This document shows positions 1 through 8,167 of a DNA stretch of 37,738 nt, one piece after another. Under the pieces are notes generated by a model that was not told the origin of the DNA, did no database searches, and worked only from the letters and a program-made list of their open reading frames with translations. A program made the translations under genes and the position numbers. The stretch is taken from contig CAZJJM010000002.1 in NCBI GenBank assembly GCA_964546355.1, forward strand, positions 1-37,738, written 5' to 3'. Source of the DNA: an uncultured Candidatus Saccharibacteria bacterium (GTDB lineage Bacteria > Patescibacteriota > Minisyncoccia > Phycocordibacterales > UBA9973). The first letter of the stretch is position 1. Each line of letters starts with the position of its first letter.

Positions 1-249
1 TGTTGGAACTAGGATACGGGAACATAGAGGCTATATTTATATACCACCATTAAATATTTAATCTAGAGAAATTTATTCAAGTGTTAAACGTTTATGAGTT
101 TACACCTTTATCTGCTTCTCACGAAACTCTTTTATTGATTCCTGAGCTTTATCATATTCTTCCTGTGTTATTGGTCTATACACTACCCGCACTAAATTTA
201 ATAGCCGAGGATGGATCAGAGCAAAAACAACATAGCATCTACACTAAAA

Positions 250-267
250 GGTATCCGTATGGATACC
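250..267. terminator. Perfect hairpin (GGTATCC-GTAT-GGATACC) flanked by A- and T-tracts, about 20 nt 3' of the TR. It may be a bidirectional terminator or a structured TR-RNA 3' element.
   Basis: Read directly: aaaaGGTATCCgtatGGATACCttttgtttt. There are U-tracts on both strands. Confidence 0.4.
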
Positions 268-286
268 TTTTGTTTTGCGAGGAGGA

Positions 287-417
287 ACTTCGGAACGAAG
301 CCGGAGGCGGAACCATAGTGGTCATTAGTATTCGACACATCGTTCGCATTGAACTTAAGCTTGTCATCATTGAAGTTCAAGATCGGAGCCTTCGAGAACA
401 CACCATCGCCATCCGGA
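287..417 (-). repeat. DGR template repeat (TR), the adenine-bearing invariant copy
   Basis: The plus-strand T's at 290, 322, 326, 340, 343, 349, 350, 355, 356, 361, 362, 364, 371, 376, 377, 383, 391 and 392 are A's on the minus strand. These are the only positions that differ from the VR, apart from a single C/T difference at 300/803. In the VR reading frame the TR is rich in AAY codons (..ILNFNDDKLKFNANDVSNTNDHY..). Confidence 0.85.
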
Positions 418-680
418 AATCTACTTCTATCCATCTACACCACCAGAACTTGAAACGACACAGATCGCTTCTTATTCCTGTATTTTATCTGATAGCATGC
501 GAGTCGCATCTATTTTGAATAGAAGTAAGCAGTATCTCCTCACAGAGAGTGCACTCTTCCAAACCGTAGTCGGGAAAATTCTGACTCTTTTCTCACTGAA
601 GAGAAAGAGTTCGGCGACGGCTATCCTTGGACATGCCGTACACGAGCCTATACTCACATAGACTATACCAGATGTAATAT

Positions 681-716
681 AAAAAGAAAAAAGGGCTATC
701 CAGTGGATAACCCTTT
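681..716 (-). terminator. Rho-independent terminator downstream of the DGR target gene/VR
   Basis: Minus strand reads AAAGGGTTATCCACTGGATAGCCCTTTTTTCTTTTT. This is a ~10-bp stem with one mismatch followed by a T-tract, about 75 nt after the stop codon. Confidence 0.6.
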
Positions 717-787
717 GTATAAAAAAAATTCGAATGCAACGTAGTATAAAGGAAACAAAAGTTTCAATATACGAGATGCAACAATCA

Positions 788-1723
788 CTACTGCGGAACG
801 AAACCGGAGGCGGAACCATAGTGGCCATGAGTATTCGACACACCGCTCGCAACGAACCCAAGCCCGCCATCATCGAAGCCCAAGACCGGAGCCCCCGAGA
901 ACACACCATCGCCATCCGGAGCAAATTCATCACCTGCACAATCAATGTGTAATTGTTCCCACATAACAAATCTTTCAGGATGGGTTAATGCGATGCAGAT
1001 AACTGCAAGCGCACCTAATCCGTATTCGTTCGCAGTGCTGGAAATAATTTCCCTAGCACGGTTTACTGATTCACCCCGGTGTTTGAATCCCAACTGAGCG
1101 GCAATGATAATGATATCGCCTTGTTGCTGTTGCTTTACTTCGCCAAATTTTTCAATCGTGCGTGCATTACCACGAAGGTGTTTTTTGTCGATTTCACCCT
1201 TACGATAATTGGTAAAGCTACGGCTTTCATCAAGCTTAGCTAATGCAGTGTTTACTGCCTGGCAATACCGGTCAATAGGGTCTGTAACGTGAGGGAAAAG
1301 CTTTGCGGCAATTGCTTCTGTGCGTGGAATGGCAAACCATCCTTCGGCACCTTCAGGTAATTCCGGTAAGTTTTCTGCATACGCTAATGCCTGTGCTGCA
1401 TCTAAGCCCCACTGAGCAGAAACCATGGCAATCTGCATTTGGATTGTTTTTGGTCCTTTGTACTCTTTCGGGTAGGTGGAGGTTGATTCTGTTACCTGGT
1501 CGGCATATTTGTTCGGAGTGGTCATATCAAGAATGATTGCCTCTACGGCTTCCTGCACTCTTCTTTTGAATTCTCCACCCTGTTCAATAACTCCCTTTTG
1601 GACGTTATCGTTTGTCGGGTTTACTTTGCCTACTGCAGCTTTACAGGCCTCTCTGCCTAAATCAGCTACTTTGTCTTTTTGTTGGTCCGTGATCAACGTA
1701 CTTGTTTTTGCGATTGTTGTCAT
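788..1723 (-). CDS. DGR target (variable) protein, 311 aa. The N-terminal ~260 aa are unassigned. The C-terminal ~45 aa are encoded by the VR; a C-type-lectin-like fold is inferred only by analogy with other DGR targets.
   Basis: Long ORF with an ATG start and a consensus promoter upstream. The C-terminus ..PDGDGVFSGAPVLGFDDGGLGFVASGVSNTHGHYGSASGFVPQ is paralogous to the TR-encoded ..PDGDGVFSKAPILNFNDDKLKFNANDVSNTNDHYGSASGFVPK. Confidence 0.85.
   Translation of the reverse strand: MTTIAKTSTLITDQQKDKVADLGREACKAAVGKVNPTNDNVQKGVIEQGGEFKRRVQEAVEAIILDMTTPNKYADQVTESTSTYPKEYKGPKTIQMQIAMVSAQWGLDAAQALAYAENLPELPEGAEGWFAIPRTEAIAAKLFPHVTDPIDRYCQAVNTALAKLDESRSFTNYRKGEIDKKHLRGNARTIEKFGEVKQQQQGDIIIIAAQLGFKHRGESVNRAREIISSTANEYGLGALAVICIALTHPERFVMWEQLHIDCAGDEFAPDGDGVFSGAPVLGFDDGGLGFVASGVSNTHGHYGSASGFVPQ
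790..920 (-). repeat. DGR variable repeat (VR) at the 3' end of the target gene
   Basis: Ungapped match to 287..417. TR adenines are replaced by G (15 sites), C (2) and T (1). Changes hit codon positions 1-2, for example AAC->GGC, AAT->GAT, AAG->GGG, AAT->GTT, AAC->AGC and AAT->CAT. The VR ends at the TAG stop (788-790). Confidence 0.85.
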
Positions 1724-1765
1724 CGTTATTAAGTTTTAAAGAGCTAGAAAACGCTAGCTTGCGTC

Positions 1766-1787
1766 TATAAAACAACGTTGTTTTATA
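1766..1787. promoter_or_regulatory. 22-bp perfect palindrome TATAAAACAACGTTGTTTTATA over the predicted transcription start of the target gene; candidate operator
   Basis: A perfect inverted repeat, read directly, located 5-6 nt downstream of the -10 box. A second hairpin, AGCTAG-cgtttt-CTAGCT, follows in the leader (~1742-1759). Confidence 0.4.
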
Positions 1788-1792
1788 AAAAT

Positions 1793-1821
1793 ACTATATC
1801 AAAAATATATGGTTTTGTCAA
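1793..1821 (-). promoter_or_regulatory. Sigma70-type promoter of the DGR target gene
   Basis: Minus strand has TTGACA (1821..1816), a 17-nt spacer, then TATAGT (1798..1793). It lies about 70 nt upstream of the ATG at 1723. Confidence 0.55.
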
Positions 1822-1958
1822 TATAGCTATATATTCCCTATTTTAAGGGGTTTTTAGTGCTTCTTCTTCCTTTTTATCATATTGCTCTTTCTGATGTTCG
1901 TATATCACCCCCGCTAAACCGATAAGCATCACAGCACCATCAATAAGATCTTCTTCGG

Positions 1959-2072
1959 TTAGCTTATAGTTAACTCAGATGGATCCATTTGTTTTAATAC
2001 ACCATTCTGACAGAACGGACAATTATCCCCTTCTCCCTTATTGTTTCCGAATACCGTACAAGATGGACACAT
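1959..2072 (-). CDS. Possible 37-aa zinc-ribbon micro-protein (MCPSCTVFGNNKGEGDNCPFCQNGVLKQMDPSELTIS)
   Basis: ATG at 2072 is preceded by AGAAGG 9 nt upstream. There are two CxxC pairs 13 residues apart. The ORF is below the 60-aa cut-off of the ORF track and has no other support. Confidence 0.3.
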   Translation of the reverse strand: MCPSCTVFGNNKGEGDNCPFCQNGVLKQMDPSELTIS

Positions 2073-2132
2073 GGTTGTACCTTCTGGAACATATACTACA
2101 TTCTGACAACTGTGACAGATTCTTCACAAGAT

Positions 2133-2164
2133 ATAAAAACACAAAAGGAGGCTTTTGCCTCCTT
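2133..2164 (-). terminator. Rho-independent terminator after tRNA-Asp
   Basis: Minus strand reads AAGGAGGC-aaaa-GCCTCCTT followed by TTGTGTTTTT. Confidence 0.6.
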
Positions 2165-2177
2165 GAGTGTATTGATG

Positions 2178-2251
2178 CGCGATCGAGCGGACTTGAACCG
2201 CCGACCTCCCGCGTGACAGGCGGGCGCTCTAACCAGCTGAGCTACGATCGC
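2178..2251 (-). tRNA. tRNA-Asp (GTC)
   Basis: Reverse complement is GCGATCGTAGCTCAGCTGGTTAGAGCGCCCGCCTGTCACGCGGGAGGTCGGCGGTTCAAGTCCGCTCGATCGCG. It folds as a canonical 74-nt cloverleaf with anticodon loop CTGTCAC and T-loop TTCAAGT. CCA is not encoded. Confidence 0.95.
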
Positions 2252-2297
2252 AACAATATCTTTTTATCATAAAATAGGAATTACTCCTATTTTATTG

Positions 2298-2371
2298 TGC
2301 CGGTAACAAGAGTTGCACTTGTGACCTTCGCTTTATGAGTGCGATGCTCTAACTACCTGAGCTATACCGGC
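2298..2371 (-). tRNA. tRNA with CAT anticodon (elongator Met, or Ile2 if lysidinylated), with a non-canonical T-loop
   Basis: Reverse complement is GCCGGTATAGCTCAGGTAGTTAGAGCATCGCACTCATAAAGCGAAGGTCACAAGTGCAACTCTTGTTACCGGCA. The acceptor stem is 7 bp, the anticodon loop is CTCATAA, and the T-stem is ACAAG/CTTGT. The T-loop is TGCAACT, so G sits where U55 normally does. There is an A31/A39 mismatch. Confidence 0.8.
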
Positions 2372-2386
2372 AAATATACCATTTGT

Positions 2387-2414
2387 ACTATAGCATATAT
2401 ACGCATTTTCTCAA
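2387..2414 (-). promoter_or_regulatory. Putative promoter for the tRNA-Met/tRNA-Asp transcription unit
   Basis: Minus strand has TTGAGA (2414..2409), a 16-nt spacer, then TATAGT (2392..2387). It lies 15 nt upstream of the tRNA 5' end. Confidence 0.4.
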
Positions 2415-2420
2415 GAAGCA

Positions 2421-2449
2421 TTGCTCTTTATGTCAGATTGTGGTATTCT
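2421..2449 (+). promoter_or_regulatory. Putative extended -10 promoter for tRNA-fMet
   Basis: TTGCTC (2421-2426), a 17-nt spacer ending in TGG, then TATTCT (2444-2449). It lies 16 nt upstream of the tRNA 5' end. Confidence 0.4.
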
Positions 2450-2465
2450 TTTGACTGTAGATTAT

Positions 2466-2536
2466 CGCGGGATAGAGAAGAGGCATCTCGCAAGGCTCAT
2501 AACCTTGAGACGTCCGTTCGAATCGGGCTCCCGCAA
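2466..2536 (+). tRNA. Initiator tRNA-fMet (CAT)
   Basis: Sequence is CGCGGGATAGAGAAGAGGCATCTCGCAAGGCTCATAACCTTGAGACGTCCGTTCGAATCGGGCTCCCGCAA. Three features mark it as a bacterial initiator: a C1xA72 mismatch, an A11:U24 pair, and CGCGGG...CCCGCAA ends like E. coli tRNAfMet. Only two of the three usual G:C pairs occur in the anticodon stem. Confidence 0.9.
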
Positions 2537-2548
2537 CATGTATATAAA

Positions 2549-2575
2549 AATCATCCATGATACACATGGATGATT
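2549..2575. terminator. Bidirectional terminator between tRNA-fMet and the convergent membrane-protein gene
   Basis: AATCATCCATG-ataca-CATGGATGATT is an 11-bp perfect stem, flanked by AAAAA on the 5' side and TTTAT on the 3' side. Confidence 0.65.
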
Positions 2576-2582
2576 TTTATAT

Positions 2583-3179
2583 TTAGAGTACATCCAATGT
2601 TTCAAGTACTCGTTTGAAACGATCAATTGTTTGTCGAGTTTCTGCTCTGGTCAATTCATATAATGAGCCTTGGTGAGCAATATTATTGCGAACAAGGTGA
2701 GCATCCCATGCCAGTTGTTTTGCTGGGAATTGCTGTTCAGAAACATTTTTTAATCTTTCACCAAGTGTGTCACCGACAAATCCTTTTTCAGATGTTGCTT
2801 CTTCGAGCATGGCATCTGCTTCAAGGATTGCCAATCGCCATTCTGCGTCACGATCTGAATTACTATGTTCTTCGACAATAGACCAACGTCCAGTATATTT
2901 CTTAGTATCTACAGAAACTGGCGGTTGATCTGGACCAGCAAGGAGTGCTTTGCGTTTTTGTGCTTGTTCGTGATTGATTTCGTATATACGAATCAAACAA
3001 TACAAAATAACTGCAATAAAAATAACTGCGAGTAATGAAAAGAAATTTTTGAACCAAAGAAAAAAATTAGTAGCTGTTTCTCCTCCACCAAATATTGCAC
3101 GGAAAAATAACAATATCTGGTAAAAAATATAATCAAGGTTGAGATATGTTGGATCAAAAACTTCTTTGTTCATAGACAC
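2583..3179 (-). CDS. Membrane protein (2 predicted TM helices) with an all-alpha C-terminal domain carrying an Rx4H motif
   Basis: 198-aa ORF. Hydrophobic segments are YIFYQILLFFRAIF and FFSLLAVIFIAVILYCLI. The C-terminal domain contains ..AWDAHLVRNNIAHQG... I do not recognise a family. Confidence 0.7.
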   Translation of the reverse strand: MSMNKEVFDPTYLNLDYIFYQILLFFRAIFGGGETATNFFLWFKNFFSLLAVIFIAVILYCLIRIYEINHEQAQKRKALLAGPDQPPVSVDTKKYTGRWSIVEEHSNSDRDAEWRLAILEADAMLEEATSEKGFVGDTLGERLKNVSEQQFPAKQLAWDAHLVRNNIAHQGSLYELTRAETRQTIDRFKRVLETLDVL

Positions 3180-3209
3180 TTCTAGTATATCTCGTTTAGA
3201 AGATTTGGG

Positions 3210-4619
3210 CTACTCACCGAGAAATGTTTTACCGCACGTAAACAACATTTTATCTTCAAAAAGTGGTGCCATGAGTTGGAGTCCTATTGGAAGTCCATTT
3301 TTTGCATGACCTGCAGGAAGTGAGATTGCTGGAATTCCTGCAATGTTTGCCGGTACTGCAAAAAAGTCTGACATATACATCGCGAGTGGATCAGCAACTT
3401 TTTCTCCAGCGACAAACGGCAGGAATGGTGAAGTCGGTGTGGCAATCATATCCACTTGCTCAAAGAGTGTTTCAAATTCTTTTTCGATCATTGAACGAAC
3501 AGCAAGTGCTTTTGCATAATACGCATCATAATACCCATGAGAAAGAATATATGCACCGAGAATCATACGACGACGAACTTCTTTACCAAATCCTTTTCCG
3601 CGACTTTTTTCATATACTTCAAGAAGTGTGTTTCCGTCTTCAGAAAGACCAAATCGGATACCATCAAATCGAGCGAGGTTACTTGAAACTTCTGCTGGTT
3701 GTAAAATATAGTACACAGCAAGTGCGTGCTCAGAAAGTGGCATGTCAACATCCACTATTTCATACCCTTGTGTCTTTAATTTCTCAAGAGACATTTCAAA
3801 AGCGGTAAGGATTTCAGGATCAAGCCCTTCTTGAGAAATCATTTTTCTTGGCACGCCAATTTTTTTCTTTTCAGTGTGTGTCGAAATTCTTTTTTCAACT
3901 GGTACAGAAGTTGCTTCCATTGGATCATGCACAGAAAGCGCTTCAAATAAAATTTCTGCATCACGTACGGTATGTGTCATTGGTCCAATCTGATCAAGTG
4001 ATGATGCCATAGCAATCAAACCATGACGTGAAATAGTGCCGTATGTTGGCTTCATGCCGACAAGGTCACAAAACGCGGCTGGTTGGCGAATTGACCCTCC
4101 TGTATCGGAACCAAGAGATATCAGTGCCCCGCCCATTGCAAGCGCTGCCGCAGCACCACCTGACGAACCGCCAGGAACTCGACTTGTATCGAGTGGATTT
4201 TTTGTTCTTCCAAAGGCACTGTTTTCGGTTGAACTTCCCATAGCAAACTCATCCATATTTGTACGACCGATAAGTATCGCGCCGTGTTCTTTGAGAATAC
4301 GAGCAACTGTTCCGTCGTATGACGCAACGTAACTCTCAAGCATTTTTGATGATGCACTTACTACATGCCCTTTGATAAGCATGTTGTCTTTCATAGCAAC
4401 AGGAATACCTGTAAGCATGGTTGCTGTACCATTATCGAACATTGTCTGCGCACGAGAAACTTGCTCATCAATGTCAGTAAAGACTTCTAGGTACGCATTA
4501 ATATCAGGATTTTTTTCAGTAATGACAGCAAGATATTCATCGACAAGTGCACGAACAGTGAGTGTTCCGTTTTTGAGTGCGTTGTGTGTTTCTTCTATTG
4601 TACGAAAAGGGTGAGTCAT
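3210..4619 (-). CDS. gatA: Glu/Asp-tRNA amidotransferase subunit A
   Basis: 469 aa with the amidase signature ..GGSSGGAAAALA..GSDTGGSIRQPAAFC... It sits directly downstream of gatC. Confidence 0.93.
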   Translation of the reverse strand: MTHPFRTIEETHNALKNGTLTVRALVDEYLAVITEKNPDINAYLEVFTDIDEQVSRAQTMFDNGTATMLTGIPVAMKDNMLIKGHVVSASSKMLESYVASYDGTVARILKEHGAILIGRTNMDEFAMGSSTENSAFGRTKNPLDTSRVPGGSSGGAAAALAMGGALISLGSDTGGSIRQPAAFCDLVGMKPTYGTISRHGLIAMASSLDQIGPMTHTVRDAEILFEALSVHDPMEATSVPVEKRISTHTEKKKIGVPRKMISQEGLDPEILTAFEMSLEKLKTQGYEIVDVDMPLSEHALAVYYILQPAEVSSNLARFDGIRFGLSEDGNTLLEVYEKSRGKGFGKEVRRRMILGAYILSHGYYDAYYAKALAVRSMIEKEFETLFEQVDMIATPTSPFLPFVAGEKVADPLAMYMSDFFAVPANIAGIPAISLPAGHAKNGLPIGLQLMAPLFEDKMLFTCGKTFLGE

Positions 4620-4620
4620 G

Positions 4621-4905
4621 TTATTGATTGAGAATACTTTTAACTTTCAAAAAACCATCCTGCGAATCAGGAAAAGCAGCGATGATATCATCTCGATATT
4701 CACCTGTAGTATTGACGGCGACATCTTCTGCAAATTGATTACGATGACTCGGCAATTCATTTCTCTCACCTGTCGCAGCAACTGCAGTGATATTACTCAC
4801 ATACGAAAGAATATGCTCCAGATCATGACCCAGTGCTTCCATTTCAGTATCAGACATTTCGACACGAGCAAGCTTGGCAAGTCCTTGTACTTGATTTTTA
4901 TCCAT
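4621..4905 (-). CDS. gatC: Glu/Asp-tRNA amidotransferase subunit C
   Basis: 94 aa. N-terminus is ..VQGLAKLARVEMSDTEMEALGHDLEHILSYV... The size and the tight coupling to gatA (1-nt gap) fit gatC. Confidence 0.85.
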   Translation of the reverse strand: MDKNQVQGLAKLARVEMSDTEMEALGHDLEHILSYVSNITAVAATGERNELPSHRNQFAEDVAVNTTGEYRDDIIAAFPDSQDGFLKVKSILNQ

Positions 4906-4932
4906 ATACCATCGAGTATAGCATTTTTAAGT

Positions 4933-4964
4933 AAAAATAAAAAAAACCCGCACGAAGCGGGTTT
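4933..4964 (-). terminator. Rho-independent terminator
   Basis: Minus strand reads AAACCCGC-ttcgt-GCGGGTTT followed by TTTTTTATTTTT. Confidence 0.7.
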
Positions 4965-4971
4965 ACTGTAA

Positions 4972-5415
4972 TTAATTAGTGATTATTTCGAAATATTCAA
5001 AATCTTTTCCGACCGTCTTCATCTCAACAACACGTCCGGGTTCTTTATGATCAAGTAAAGCCAAACATCCTTTCTGTAACCATACACCAATAGGCTTTTT
5101 AATGTGATTTTCAATATCAAGATACAAAGCACCAAAAGCAAATAGTGTTCCCAGTTTGTATAAAAGATCTGCTTCAGAAAAAACTTCTTCTGGTTCTTCT
5201 GCTTCAGAAAACTGAGTTGAGAGCAAACTACAAGTTACCTTTTTGTTTTCACCAACAGGCAAAGGAATAGTGTCTTTGCCAATAAAAAACCGATGATCCA
5301 CATACGTGAATATTACGGAGGCTTCATTTCCTTTGGTTAAATTATTCAAAGTAAAACCATTGAGAAAATGAGGGTGAGTCTTAACGAGTTTATCATAACT
5401 TATTTCGAATTTCAT
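4972..5415 (-). CDS. Hypothetical protein (147 aa, no recognisable motifs)
   Basis: Clean ORF between ligA and gatC with its own terminator. It is acidic in the middle (SEAEEPEEVFSEAD). Confidence 0.6.
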   Translation of the reverse strand: MKFEISYDKLVKTHPHFLNGFTLNNLTKGNEASVIFTYVDHRFFIGKDTIPLPVGENKKVTCSLLSTQFSEAEEPEEVFSEADLLYKLGTLFAFGALYLDIENHIKKPIGVWLQKGCLALLDHKEPGRVVEMKTVGKDFEYFEIITN

Positions 5416-5483
5416 AGTACAAGTTTTTTGATGTATATTCTATCAAAAAAGATACCACAAAAAACATTTATTGTAAAATACCT

Positions 5484-8158
<2,675 letters not shown>

Positions 8159-8167
8159 AAAAAATTA

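Larger units (their letters stand above)
250..1821 (-). mobile_element. Partial diversity-generating retroelement (DGR) cassette: promoter, target gene with 3' VR, terminator and TR. The reverse transcriptase is not inside the window.
   Basis: Two ungapped 131-bp repeats sit at a constant offset of 503 bp. One ends exactly at the stop codon of ORF 788..1723. 18 of 19 mismatches fall on adenines of the downstream copy (coding strand). This is the signature of DGR mutagenic retrohoming. Confidence 0.8.

Noticed and set aside
94-190. Short minus-strand frame ..VRVVYRPITQEEYDKAQESIKEFREKQIKV* downstream of the TR
   Set aside because: It reads protein-like but is only about 30 codons and has no ATG (only GTG options). 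It lies directly after a hairpin/T-tract. There is too little evidence to call it a CDS or a gene remnant.
430-787. Search for an Avd-type accessory gene in the ~370-bp VR-TR spacer
   Set aside because: No minus-strand ORF of useful length lies there other than the out-of-frame 472..969 reading. The region contains a terminator hairpin, and its translations are not helical or basic. The accessory gene, if any, must be outside the window.
81-969. Track ORFs 81..518(+), 216..434(-), 472..969(-) and 734..952(+), which overlap the TR, the VR and the spacer between them
   Set aside because: 216..434(-) is simply the TR read in the VR frame. It begins a few codons upstream of the repeat, has no promoter or RBS context, and runs into the post-TR hairpin. 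The other three are alternative-frame or antisense readings of the same repeats; note the mirrored ..GGGTIV..SIRH.. peptides. They also cross the terminator at 681-716. None is treated as a gene.
1979-2560. Track ORFs 1979..2272(+) and 2339..2560(+)
   Set aside because: They run straight through tRNA-Asp, tRNA-Met (antisense) and tRNA-fMet, so they are artefacts of tRNA-containing DNA.
3210-4905. gatC-gatA without gatB as an anomaly
   Set aside because: gatB is often unlinked from gatCA in bacteria. Its absence from this window carries no information.
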